64,000 nucleotides of DNA from a virus. The translations under genes and the position numbers were made by a program. Of the stretch, positions 44,646 to 54,870 are shown in pieces. Within the stretch, counting starts at the first letter, position 1. Each line of letters opens with the position of its first letter. The stretch lies in IMG/VR virus record IMGVR_UViG_3300045988_115450, positions 43,582 to 107,581 of that record; one strand, given 5' to 3'. The notes under the pieces were generated by a model that worked only from the letters and a program-made list of their open reading frames with translations, was not told the origin of the DNA and ran no database searches.

Positions 44646-45119
44646 ATGCGTATACTCGCGTTAGATCAGGCGACTGCTATTAGCGGGTACGCCGTATTGG
44701 AAGATGGCGTCTATATTGAGTCGGGCGTTATTGATTTGAGCAAAGACAAGGATTCTGAAAGACGGATTGGATATATGATGACTAGTCTTTGCTACATTAT
44801 AACGACTTCAAATACAGACCTAGTGGTGTTTGAGGACATACAAAAACAAGTAAACGTAATCACATACAAATCTTTAGCTCGGATACAAGGAGCAATTATG
44901 GCGTGGTGCTATTACCACGACGTCGAGTTCTATTGCACCTTGCCGACGGCCTGGAGAAAGAAATTAGGTTTTCATCAAGGAAAGGGCGTCAAGAGCAAAG
45001 AGTTAAAACAGCAGGCGATTGCCTACGTAAAGGACAAATTAGATAAAGATGTTGGGCCGGACGAAGCAGACGCGATTTGTATCGGGTTGTCACATTTTGC
45101 TACGCCGTCTAACGAATGA
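44646..45119 (+). CDS. ruvC: RuvC-like Holliday junction resolvase
   Basis: MRILALDQATAISGYAV (Asp), VVFEDIQ (Glu), PDEADAICIG (Asp). Confidence 0.75.
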   Translation: MRILALDQATAISGYAVLEDGVYIESGVIDLSKDKDSERRIGYMMTSLCYIITTSNTDLVVFEDIQKQVNVITYKSLARIQGAIMAWCYYHDVEFYCTLPTAWRKKLGFHQGKGVKSKELKQQAIAYVKDKLDKDVGPDEADAICIGLSHFATPSNE

Positions 45120-45129
45120 AAGGGTAATT

Positions 45130-45768
45130 ATGAGTAAAAAAGAAAACAAGCGCATCAGTGTTGATGCTTTAAATAAATACTTTAAAGGGCAAGATAATTC
45201 AGCTAACGAGACGGCTATTGAGATTGGCGATGAGGTTGTGTTCCATGTTAAAAAGAATATTACTGCGAATCAGTTTGTTGCAGCCGTAGCGGCTGGCGTT
45301 GATTCTTGTTTTGATGACGATGAATATCTCCCATGGCTTAAAGATATTGCGTACATGCACGCTGTACTAGTCGCGTTTACCGATATTGACCTTGATGATG
45401 CGGACGCAGAATCAGAATTTTTTCTTGTCACCGTAACAGATGTTTATGACAAAGTGCTTGATAATGTAAGTGAGAATCAGCTATTCATTTTTGAGAATGC
45501 GTTTGAGGAGCAGCTGCAAGCGCGGATTAACAAGATCAATAGCACAAGAGAAAGAGAGCTAAATGAAGCTCTATCAATGCTAAAGTTCGTTACTCAGAAA
45601 TACAACGAGGTGTCCCTTGTGTTTAAGGAGGTTATGGGCAGCGATCTGTCTGAAATCATTTCTGTCTTTTCAAAGAACGCTGAGTCTTTAAAGGCAAGTG
45701 TTGGTGCGCTAGCAGAAAATTTTAGCAAGTATGTAGCTGAACAAGGTGATAATGGTGATAGTGTTTGA
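45130..45768 (+). CDS. Tail assembly chaperone candidate
   Basis: Start at MSKKENKR. Acidic protein, upstream of the tape measure gene. Confidence 0.45.
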   Translation: MSKKENKRISVDALNKYFKGQDNSANETAIEIGDEVVFHVKKNITANQFVAAVAAGVDSCFDDDEYLPWLKDIAYMHAVLVAFTDIDLDDADAESEFFLVTVTDVYDKVLDNVSENQLFIFENAFEEQLQARINKINSTRERELNEALSMLKFVTQKYNEVSLVFKEVMGSDLSEIISVFSKNAESLKASVGALAENFSKYVAEQGDNGDSV

Positions 45769-46174
45769 TAGCATTGCAGCCCTTGAAGCACACATAATGG
45801 AAGAGCTTAGAGACGTCGTACATAACGAAATCCCAACTATGGTGGATGATATTATAAAGGAACATATCAACTCGGACGTCTATTCGTACAATCCTGAATG
45901 GTATACACGCAGAGGTATGATGCAGTCCGGAGCGAACCTAAAACATTACGAAGGGGATCTGTCTCTCTTAGTAACAGATGAGACTCCAGGTAACACGCCA
46001 GTGTTCCCCGGCTATCAACCGTCTGGCACAGACCTAAGCTTCATTATAAATACAGGCGCACAAGGAAATGGGAATGGTATGTGGAGAAGAGCGTTTGCCA
46101 GACCTTACATAGATAATGCACAAAAGGACGTCGATGCTAAAGTCATCGACGTCCTTCATTCTAAATTTGGATAA
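45746..46174 (+). CDS. Hypothetical structural/assembly protein
   Basis: 142 aa ORF overlapping the previous gene. Confidence 0.5.
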   Translation: MIMVIVFDSIAALEAHIMEELRDVVHNEIPTMVDDIIKEHINSDVYSYNPEWYTRRGMMQSGANLKHYEGDLSLLVTDETPGNTPVFPGYQPSGTDLSFIINTGAQGNGNGMWRRAFARPYIDNAQKDVDAKVIDVLHSKFG

Positions 46175-46192
46175 TATCAAGGTGGTGAGATC

Positions 46193-49100
46193 GTGGCGGA
46201 AGAATTTGGCGTAAAGGTAAAACTTATACCTGAGTTTGATAGTAATGCTTTAAAGACTGCTGCCAGTGCGGCTGCTGGAAAGAATAGTATGCAGGTAAAT
46301 CTCCTGCCCGTAATTGATACTAAGGGACTACAGAATGCCGTCAACGCCGCAGCAAAAAATCTAGTTCTGAACATAGATGATGTAAAGATCAACGGCAAGA
46401 ATAGTCGAGGCGGCGGAGGAGGTTCTGGCAGCAGTGGTAATTCCGGAAGAAAGAAGTCATCCGCTACTAGTATCGAGCCTCTTGTCAAGTATTATAAAAA
46501 TCTTGTAGATTACATTCGGAAGAACCCCTCCATACAGAGCGACAGTGACCTTTCTCAGAGGCTTTCTACTCAGAAAGAGGAATTAGCTAAATTAGTCCGC
46601 TCTGTGATTCAGGATGGAGTTTATAACGGAAAGGAATTCTCTAAAAGAAAAAATAGCGTTGCCGCCATTCAAAACGAGGCTCGTGAATCTGGTCTAGAAG
46701 ATACATCTGTGGCGAATAGAGAAGCGGACAGGCTGCAGAAACAAATTGACTCAATGCGGAACTCCTTGTCTAAGCTTGGGGCTTCGCCGTCAGATACGGC
46801 GAATATTAGTTCACAATTGGCAGCGGCAGAGGATAAGGTTAGCCAGCTAAGAGACCTTGGCACCGAGTCGGCTGAGTCTTTTGGAAAAATTAAGGCTGAA
46901 GCAGAAAGTTCTATTGCCGCCGCTAAAGGGGCAATGGATGGACTCTCCGCCTCAGTTAAAGATACGTCTAGCGATTTAGTTCCCGTATATAACCTTTTAA
47001 AAAAAATATCCAGCATGGATCAACCGAAGAAGCTGTCGTTGCTGGATGATGCTGATGTTAATGACCTAAAATCTTATAAGGCGCAGCTTGAGTCAATCAT
47101 TGAAGCTGGGTCGTACAATAAGTCGGATTTGAAGAAAATCATCTCTGGCATTGCGGGGATAGACTATAGGCAGAGCAACGCCGGGACCGGCTTCAAATCA
47201 GAAGTCCTTTCTATAGCGCAAGGCGTGACGGCTTCTGAAGCAATTCAGGGTGCTTTTAATAAGGCGAAACAAGTTGCCACGGAGATGGTTGGCGCTGTCA
47301 AAGACATCAACGACGCGCTAACTCAGCTTACCATTGTCACCGGAAAGAGTGGCTCAGAACTCGACTCGTTCTTCCAGAGGGCGGCAGACTCAGCATATAA
47401 TATGGGGCACAGTGTCACAGAAGTTCTTGGGTCTGTCGAAACATTCACCCGTCTTGGCTATGGATTAGAAGACGCCTCTACTCTTGCTGATGCTGCAACT
47501 ATCATGTCAAATGTTGCCGACACGACAGTGAGTGCGTCAACGACTGGTTTAACTTCTATTATTAAGGGCTACGGTCTTGAAGCTTCTGATGCCACTCGTG
47601 TTTCTGACGTTTTGGCTAAAGTCGGTAAAGATTATGCTATTAGCGCAGAAGAACTAATGACTGCTCTGGAGCGTGGTGGTGCGGCTCTTAACGTAGCTAA
47701 CACATCCTTCGAAGAATCTGTTGCCCTCGCGGCAGCCGGAAACGCCGCAATTCAGGACCCAATTAAAACGGGCACAGCTTTAAAAACAATGTCCGCAAGA
47801 ATCCGCACATCTAAGCCTGAACTCGAAGAACTCGGTGAAGACTACGACGACGTTGCGACATCCGCTGCAAAATATCGCGCAGAAATTAAAGCGTTGTCTG
47901 GCGTTGATATTATGGAAAACGCCACTACCTATAAGTCGATTTACGATATCATGGTAGAGATTGCAAGCGTTTGGGATAAGATGTCTGATACAGACCAGGC
48001 AGCATTGCTTGAGCGCATCGCTGGTAAGAATCAGTCCAACGTTGTTGCTGGCATTATCACTAACCTAAAGGACTTGACTGGCGCTTATGACGAAGCGCTG
48101 AGTGCTTCCGGAGAAACTGAAGCAGCTAATGAGGTCGTTATGGACTCAATCTCCGGTAAGGTTGGTCAGTTTAAAGAGCAGTTTGAAGAGCTATCTTACA
48201 ACACTATAAATTCTGATCTCGTAAAAGGCGTAGTGTCTGGTGGCACTGGTGTTTTAGGATTTCTGAATAAAGCGATTGAATTATTCCATCAATTAGGCCC
48301 GGCTGCAACGGGCGTTGAAACTATACTGGCCGGAATTGCTGGCGTGAAGCTATTTAAAGGCGGCGCAGATATTCTAAAGCAATTAGCTACCGGAGCTGCA
48401 AAAGACTCCTTCTCAGGTATCGTCGCAGGAAAAACATTAGATAGTGTTAACAAAGCTAAGAGTGCGATCAGTGGTTTGTGGGGCGTCATATCTGCTCATC
48501 CAGTGGCCGCCGCTGCTACTGCTGTTGGTGCGTTGGCCGCAGCTTTCGGTGTTGCCGCTATGAAGGCAGAATCCCTTGGTGGTAAGATCGAGCAATTCAA
48601 AGCGGACTCTGAAGCGTATAAATCCGCTCAAAATAATGTTGATAATGTACGAACTCAGATAGAAGCGAATCAAAAAATCATTGATAATATTAGAAGTCAA
48701 GGGTATGTAAATCTCACAGACGAAGGTACAGTTGCTAAACTCCAGAGAGAAAACGAAGAGCTAGAAAGAACGCTCATTCTGAAGCAGGAGATCGCTAATC
48801 GGCAAAAAGCTACTCTGTACAGCGATAGTGTGAACGCACTCACGACTGAGAGCAATTTCTTTGATTTCGTTAAAGGCGACGGATTATATCAAGGTACTCT
48901 GACAGAGCAACTCCAGCAGGCAACAAAAGCATACGAGGATACCTTAAAAGTAAAAGAAAAATACGAGTCTGAACTGGCTGACCCCGACTTAGGTAGTTAT
49001 GAGAAAAAACAAATTGAGGGAAAACTCGAAGGAGTTAATGAGGCACTTGGTACTACCAGCGAAACTATTTCTGAAAAATACGCTTCCCTCTTCGATATAA

Positions 49101-52100
49101 TTTCTAATTTTGAACCTAAGACGGCGTATGACAAACAGCTTGTGGCGGATGCAGAAAAGGCTCTCAATGAAACGACACAGATGTTTGACCGCACCGCTGG
49201 GAAAACGATTCCGGAAATTATAGGCGAAGGTTTTTCTTCTGGCGGCGCTTTGGAATCACTTGTTGACGAATTCTACAACCTTGGTGATGCTGGAGATGTA
49301 ACATCGCAATCTATACAAGCTCTAGCAAATGAATTTCCTGAGTTAAACACGTTCATGCAAGCGCATGGTATTACAATTCAAGATCTCTGCAAGTATTACA
49401 ACAATCTAACAGAAGCGACAGACCGTGCCTTGTCCTCTGAAGAACAGTACGGGTATGTACTACAGGACGTAATCTCATTCGGAAAGAGTATGCAGAATTA
49501 TCAGAATATGCCGAAGTCATATTCTCCATATGACGAAACTGTAAAAGCATACGACAATGTAATGCAATACCAAAAGACTGGTATGACGGGGCTTGGTAAC
49601 GATATGTACTGGGGCTTCATGAAGGAAAATTTTGCAGGGTTCGATGATGTTAATATAAACAATATTGCGGAGAAAAGAAAAGAAGCCCAAAAGTTACTCA
49701 AAGAATTCGACTCAGTATACAGAAATAGAGATGCGGATGGTAATTTAACTGCGTCCGGCGTACAAGCATTCTTCGACAAAATGAGTTCTGACAAAGATGT
49801 ACAAAGCGTCTTGCAGAAGTACGGCGACTCTTTCACAAAAGATGAAAACGGAAATTATGACTGGAATATCCCGGTCAGCCATTTTAAAGAAGTAGCTGAA
49901 GCTATTGGCCTATCGACGGATGGTTTCGAGTCTTTACTTGCCGCCGCAGGAAACTATATTGATATAGACTGGTCTGATGACGCTGGGATGACCTACCTGG
50001 AGCGAATCGCAAAATATTCCCAACAACTCGGAACCTCTATGCAGGATGGTTCAAAATACACGGTTGCTTCTTATGAGGCTGTAGCTAAAGCAGCAGAAGT
50101 TGCTGGGATGTCCGTCGAGGATTTTGCCAAGAAATATCAAGAATCCTATAACAAAATTCTTTATACAGATATAGGTGGAGGATATTTACAGGTAGATGAA
50201 TCCGCTGTCAAAAGTGCCGCAAAATCAGAGAATAAAAGCGTAAATGATTATATCGCTCAGGTTGAAAAAGATAGCGGCAAGAAAATAGTCCTATCAGTAG
50301 GTGTTGACACTATAGATGCCGAAACGGGTATTGGAACTTTTGTTTCTGACGAGACTGGAAAGGTAATTTTTGTTTCTCCGGAAGTGGAACCTGGTGCAGT
50401 CGAGCGGATAAGAAAAGAATTCGAAGGACAAAATGTTACTGTGCAAGTTCGGACTGAAACAGGTAGCGGGAAGATATATGCACCATCTTCTGATACGTCG
50501 AAACAAGGTGATGGATCGAAAGAAAACACTGTTAATACTAAAGTAACCGTCACCGGCGCAGAAGAAGCTACCCAAAAGGTTCATAATTACAATTCAGCGA
50601 TAGACACAGCTAGTCGAAAGCCGAATGTAACTAAGACTATCACCACAAATTATGTCGAGAATCACACTGTTAACACCATCAGGAAGACAGCAGGGCCTAG
50701 CACGGGTAATTCGAATAGATATAATGGGGCCTCTACTAGTATAAATAGAGCTAAATACTATATGGGTGCATCTCAGAGATTGAGAAGCAATGGCTCTAAA
50801 GCTAATGGCACTGCTTTTGCTCAAGGCACATCTGGTTTTTGGGGCGCTGGAGGCTCCGGTACTGCTTTAGGTGGTGAGGTCGGCCCAGAGTTGCTGGTAA
50901 GAGATGGTTCATTTTATGTGATCGGGCAGGACGGAGCAGAGTTCTTTGACTATCGTTCTCACGATATAATCTTTAACGCTGCGCAAACAGAGGAACTTTT
51001 TAAGAAAGGTCAGCTACGCGGCTCTGACACACGCGGCAAGACAGCTATGGCGGACGGTACTGCTTTTGCTGGCAGTACCACTGGCGGAAAGAAGAACTTT
51101 GGTAACCCGAACCCTGGTGTCCGTGGTAATAGCAGTTTGAAGTCAGGAGGCTCCTCTGGTTCCAGCAAGAAGTCAGGCGGGGGTAAAAAAAAGACTGGCG
51201 GCGGGAAGAAAAAAGGCGGAGGTAAAAAGAGAGGATCTGGCTCAAAGTCAGATGCCGAATTTTTCGATTGGGTCGAGGTTAAGCTTCAGCGGATTGAAGA
51301 AGCTATTGAGAAGATTGGTATTGCAGCTGATAGCGTCTATGGTACAACAAAGACTCGAAATGACGCTTTAAGAGAGAGTATCAAAAAGCTCAATAGTGAA
51401 ATCTCTTTGCAGGGTAAGGCGTATAATTACTACATTAAGAAGGCAAATTCTGTTGGCTTGAAAAAAGAGTATAAGAACAAAGTCCAGAATGGCGCGATTG
51501 ATATTGATAAGATCTCCAATAAGAAATTAAAAGAGAAAATCAGTCAGTATCAAGAGTGGTACAACAAAGCTCAGGATTGTAAGAAGCAAGTAGAGGAGCT
51601 TAAAGTTAGTGTCGGGGATGCTTATAAAGAAATCTTTGACAATTACTCTAAGCGAGCACAGGAGACTCTTGACAGGCTTGAGGATCATCGTGACTCTATA
51701 CAGGCGTTTATTGATCTTGCAGAAGAAGCTGGTTACAAAGCAAGTTCGAAGTATTATGAGGTTATGGTTGAGAGTGAAAGGAAGACTAGTGCGCGCCTCA
51801 TCGAAAAGAGAAAAGGACTTGTAGAAAAACTGAATAAGGCAGTCGATTCAGGGTTCGTGCAGACTGGTTCTGAAGCATGGTACGAAATGCGTCACGAGAT
51901 TGACCAGCTCACCACCTCTATCATCGAGGCGGATGAAGCCATAAAGAAGTACCAGAACGAATTGAGACAACTGAGCTGGGATAAGTTTGACGACATGCAA
52001 GATGGTTTTTCAAAGCTAACCGATGAAGCAGAATTCCTAATTGATTTAATGGGTGAGAAGGACTTGTTTGATGATAACGGCGCTATCACTAACGAGGGTA

Positions 52101-53686
52101 TTGCTACACGGGCACTGCACGCTCAAAATTATAATGTGTACATGGCTCAAGCTGATCAGTACGCCGAGGCTATTACTGAAATCAATAAGTCCATTGCAAA
52201 CGACCCGTACAACACAAAGTTGTTAGAGCGTCGTGAAGATTTGATTAAGTCACATAGAGACGCTATTCTTGCAGCCAATGACGAAAAGGATGCGTTAAAA
52301 GACTTAGCCAAAGATGGTTTTGATGCTCTGCTGGACTCTTTAAAGGATACTATTGATGAGTATGAAAAAGCGTTAGATAGTGCAAAGGATTTGTATGACT
52401 ACCAGAAAAATATTGACGAGCAGGTAAAGAACATATCGAAGCTAGAGAAGCAGCTAACTGCTTATTCCGGAGATACCTCAGAAGAATCTAAGAAAACTGT
52501 CCAACAGCTGAAAAATGATTTGAAGGAAGCCAAGGATGATTTAGCTGATAGTCAGTATGACAAATACGTGTCTGACACAAATGAGCTTCTTGACGACCTT
52601 GTTGATAATTTCGAAGAGTTTATAAACGAGCGCCTTGACGATGTGGACAAATTGTTGTCTGACGCAATCGAGTCAGCAAATAAAAACGCGGACACAATTG
52701 CAAGCACAATTAACAACGCGACTAAAGAGGTAGGGTCTTCCCTGTCCGACTCAATGCAGTCTATATGGGACGCAAATAGTTCTAAAGATATTCTGTCTAA
52801 CTATACCGAGGATTTTAGCGAAGAGTGTACGACTTTGAACGGTATACTAAGTGAGATCAAAGGGTATGTCGCGCGGCTGTATTCTACTGGGGACTCAGAG
52901 GCGTCTAGCAACATTAAGGATATAAAGGGCCAGACCAATGAAGGTAAGGGAACTCCGAAGCCGAGCGATGATGTATTTAACAGTGTGAAGGACGCGGCTA
53001 TAAAAGCTGCGAAAAATGCCGCTGGAAATAAGCCGACCAAAAAGAAGGATGGTATCTTCTATAAGAAGACGTATACTGGTGATAAGAAAAAACTACAGCC
53101 TAATAAATACTTCATTCATAGACTGAAGTATAAAGACTACGACTGGTCAATGAAAGCGAGAGATGAGTATTTTAAGAAGATGGGGTTCCAAGCCAAGTAT
53201 GGCGTGTACCATAAAGTTGGTGGAAAGTATAACAAGCAGCTGATTGCTTGGATGAAGAAACGCGGTTATGCTTCCGGCGTACAAAGTGTCCCTCGTGACG
53301 AGCTTGCGTGGACTCAGGAGAACGGCCCGGAGACTATCATCCGTAAATCTGACGGTGCTTTGCTCACCCAGCTCAAAAAGGGCGATAGTGTTTTGAATCG
53401 AGATGCTACATCCAACATCTGGGATATGGCGAACAACCCCCGTAACTTCATCGCCCGTGCTATGAACTTCGGTGTTAATTGGCCGGTTGCTAAAGTTCCT
53501 GGTAACACTGGTGGCGATATCAAGAATTCTATCGACATGGAGATCGTTCTTCCGAATGTGTCAAATTATAATGACTTCATGAACTCGGCACGGTCTGATC
53601 CTAAGTTTGAAAAGCTGGTTCAGGCGATGACTGTAGACAGGCTAGTGGGCAAAAACGCAAAAGGAAAAAATAATATTAAATGGTAA
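46193..53686 (+). CDS. Tape measure protein (2497 aa)
   Basis: Giant ORF rich in coiled coil, with hydrophobic segments and a position before Dit/Tal. Contains a Gly/Lys-rich tract around 51090-51250. Confidence 0.8.
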   Translation: MAEEFGVKVKLIPEFDSNALKTAASAAAGKNSMQVNLLPVIDTKGLQNAVNAAAKNLVLNIDDVKINGKNSRGGGGGSGSSGNSGRKKSSATSIEPLVKYYKNLVDYIRKNPSIQSDSDLSQRLSTQKEELAKLVRSVIQDGVYNGKEFSKRKNSVAAIQNEARESGLEDTSVANREADRLQKQIDSMRNSLSKLGASPSDTANISSQLAAAEDKVSQLRDLGTESAESFGKIKAEAESSIAAAKGAMDGLSASVKDTSSDLVPVYNLLKKISSMDQPKKLSLLDDADVNDLKSYKAQLESIIEAGSYNKSDLKKIISGIAGIDYRQSNAGTGFKSEVLSIAQGVTASEAIQGAFNKAKQVATEMVGAVKDINDALTQLTIVTGKSGSELDSFFQRAADSAYNMGHSVTEVLGSVETFTRLGYGLEDASTLADAATIMSNVADTTVSASTTGLTSIIKGYGLEASDATRVSDVLAKVGKDYAISAEELMTALERGGAALNVANTSFEESVALAAAGNAAIQDPIKTGTALKTMSARIRTSKPELEELGEDYDDVATSAAKYRAEIKALSGVDIMENATTYKSIYDIMVEIASVWDKMSDTDQAALLERIAGKNQSNVVAGIITNLKDLTGAYDEALSASGETEAANEVVMDSISGKVGQFKEQFEELSYNTINSDLVKGVVSGGTGVLGFLNKAIELFHQLGPAATGVETILAGIAGVKLFKGGADILKQLATGAAKDSFSGIVAGKTLDSVNKAKSAISGLWGVISAHPVAAAATAVGALAAAFGVAAMKAESLGGKIEQFKADSEAYKSAQNNVDNVRTQIEANQKIIDNIRSQGYVNLTDEGTVAKLQRENEELERTLILKQEIANRQKATLYSDSVNALTTESNFFDFVKGDGLYQGTLTEQLQQATKAYEDTLKVKEKYESELADPDLGSYEKKQIEGKLEGVNEALGTTSETISEKYASLFDIISNFEPKTAYDKQLVADAEKALNETTQMFDRTAGKTIPEIIGEGFSSGGALESLVDEFYNLGDAGDVTSQSIQALANEFPELNTFMQAHGITIQDLCKYYNNLTEATDRALSSEEQYGYVLQDVISFGKSMQNYQNMPKSYSPYDETVKAYDNVMQYQKTGMTGLGNDMYWGFMKENFAGFDDVNINNIAEKRKEAQKLLKEFDSVYRNRDADGNLTASGVQAFFDKMSSDKDVQSVLQKYGDSFTKDENGNYDWNIPVSHFKEVAEAIGLSTDGFESLLAAAGNYIDIDWSDDAGMTYLERIAKYSQQLGTSMQDGSKYTVASYEAVAKAAEVAGMSVEDFAKKYQESYNKILYTDIGGGYLQVDESAVKSAAKSENKSVNDYIAQVEKDSGKKIVLSVGVDTIDAETGIGTFVSDETGKVIFVSPEVEPGAVERIRKEFEGQNVTVQVRTETGSGKIYAPSSDTSKQGDGSKENTVNTKVTVTGAEEATQKVHNYNSAIDTASRKPNVTKTITTNYVENHTVNTIRKTAGPSTGNSNRYNGASTSINRAKYYMGASQRLRSNGSKANGTAFAQGTSGFWGAGGSGTALGGEVGPELLVRDGSFYVIGQDGAEFFDYRSHDIIFNAAQTEELFKKGQLRGSDTRGKTAMADGTAFAGSTTGGKKNFGNPNPGVRGNSSLKSGGSSGSSKKSGGGKKKTGGGKKKGGGKKRGSGSKSDAEFFDWVEVKLQRIEEAIEKIGIAADSVYGTTKTRNDALRESIKKLNSEISLQGKAYNYYIKKANSVGLKKEYKNKVQNGAIDIDKISNKKLKEKISQYQEWYNKAQDCKKQVEELKVSVGDAYKEIFDNYSKRAQETLDRLEDHRDSIQAFIDLAEEAGYKASSKYYEVMVESERKTSARLIEKRKGLVEKLNKAVDSGFVQTGSEAWYEMRHEIDQLTTSIIEADEAIKKYQNELRQLSWDKFDDMQDGFSKLTDEAEFLIDLMGEKDLFDDNGAITNEGIATRALHAQNYNVYMAQADQYAEAITEINKSIANDPYNTKLLERREDLIKSHRDAILAANDEKDALKDLAKDGFDALLDSLKDTIDEYEKALDSAKDLYDYQKNIDEQVKNISKLEKQLTAYSGDTSEESKKTVQQLKNDLKEAKDDLADSQYDKYVSDTNELLDDLVDNFEEFINERLDDVDKLLSDAIESANKNADTIASTINNATKEVGSSLSDSMQSIWDANSSKDILSNYTEDFSEECTTLNGILSEIKGYVARLYSTGDSEASSNIKDIKGQTNEGKGTPKPSDDVFNSVKDAAIKAAKNAAGNKPTKKKDGIFYKKTYTGDKKKLQPNKYFIHRLKYKDYDWSMKARDEYFKKMGFQAKYGVYHKVGGKYNKQLIAWMKKRGYASGVQSVPRDELAWTQENGPETIIRKSDGALLTQLKKGDSVLNRDATSNIWDMANNPRNFIARAMNFGVNWPVAKVPGNTGGDIKNSIDMEIVLPNVSNYNDFMNSARSDPKFEKLVQAMTVDRLVGKNAKGKNNIKW

Positions 53687-53705
53687 TAGAAAACGGGAGC
53701 GGCAT

Positions 53706-54035
53706 ATGTCGCTCCCGTCTATTATTATTGGAGGAAATGGTTTGGATTACAAGAGAAGATATCAATCTCAGAAGAACAAGTACGAGCGGTTAAGAGAAAA
53801 ATATGACAACATGCTGGCCGAAAAAGAATTGTTCGAGGCACGATATTCTGACTCGCTGAATGAGATTGATTCGTTGAACGAAGAGGTTTCTAATTTAAAG
53901 GCAGAACTAGCCAAGGCAATCCTTGATGCAACAGCACAGAGCGACAAATGCGCCGCTCTGAATAAGAAAATGGCTAGGCTGCTTAAAGAGATTGAACGAG
54001 AGTTTCATAGACGCTACCAGACAGTAGCAGAATAA
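53706..54035 (+). CDS. Coiled-coil hypothetical protein
   Basis: 109 aa ORF. Confidence 0.55.
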   Translation: MSLPSIIIGGNGLDYKRRYQSQKNKYERLREKYDNMLAEKELFEARYSDSLNEIDSLNEEVSNLKAELAKAILDATAQSDKCAALNKKMARLLKEIEREFHRRYQTVAE

Positions 54036-54054
54036 AAGAACAGGAGGTTACTAT

Positions 54055-54870
54055 ATGAGAGCAACAGATTTCATATATGATGGCGTGCAACTTAGTAGCC
54101 TCGGCTACATCGTATGCACGTTTGATAGCGGTGGCACGGACAGTAGCTCCGCAGGGTCTGAGATTACTTTTAACTCTGTCAAGCAACATGGCGGGGTTTA
54201 TTATGCTCAAACAGGCACGGAGTACGAGCAGTGTTTTTCTACCACATTTAGCATCTGTAAGAATACCACAGATGGGCCTGGCCAGGAGATTTCCTTGGAT
54301 GAGTACCGCAAGTTGATGCGTTGGCTAAACCGCAGACGGTTTTATGACTTTGCTTTGCTTGACCCAAAAGAAAACGGGTGGAAGGATATAACCTTCCAGG
54401 GAAGTTTCAACGTGGAGAAGATTGAGTTTGCCGGAAATATTATTGGGTTGAACCTTACCTTTAATACTAACCGTCCGTTTGGTGTTGGCAAAGTTACGAC
54501 TGTTGCGTTCTCTATAGAAGCCGCCAATGGAACTTATAATATAACAAACGATTCGGACGAGATTGGGGTGCTTTATCCTGACCTCTTAGAAGTCACTTGT
54601 AAGCAGGACGGGGATCTCTCTATTACTAATAATCTGGAAGGGCGGGTTACATTTATAACCGGCTGCACTGCTGGAGAAAAGATAACAATGGACTGCGTAG
54701 ACAAGATTGTCACCTCTTCCCTAGCCTCCCACAAAAAGATTTATAACGATTTCAATTTCACATTCTTCCGGCTCTATAACTCTTATTCGGATCGCGTAAA
54801 CACTATTACCTTCTCCATACCGTGTGACGTAAAAATTATTTACAGGCCGATACGGAAGGTGGTGTTCTAA
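54055..54870 (+). CDS. Distal tail protein (Dit) candidate
   Basis: 271 aa directly after the tape measure gene. Confidence 0.55.
   Translation: MRATDFIYDGVQLSSLGYIVCTFDSGGTDSSSAGSEITFNSVKQHGGVYYAQTGTEYEQCFSTTFSICKNTTDGPGQEISLDEYRKLMRWLNRRRFYDFALLDPKENGWKDITFQGSFNVEKIEFAGNIIGLNLTFNTNRPFGVGKVTTVAFSIEAANGTYNITNDSDEIGVLYPDLLEVTCKQDGDLSITNNLEGRVTFITGCTAGEKITMDCVDKIVTSSLASHKKIYNDFNFTFFRLYNSYSDRVNTITFSIPCDVKIIYRPIRKVVF

Noticed and set aside
45730-45770. Programmed -1 frameshift between the two genes upstream of the tape measure (gpG/gpGT-like)
   Set aside because: The downstream ORF is in the +1, not the -1, frame relative to 45130..45768. I saw no XXXYYYZ slippery heptamer in the 23 nt overlap.
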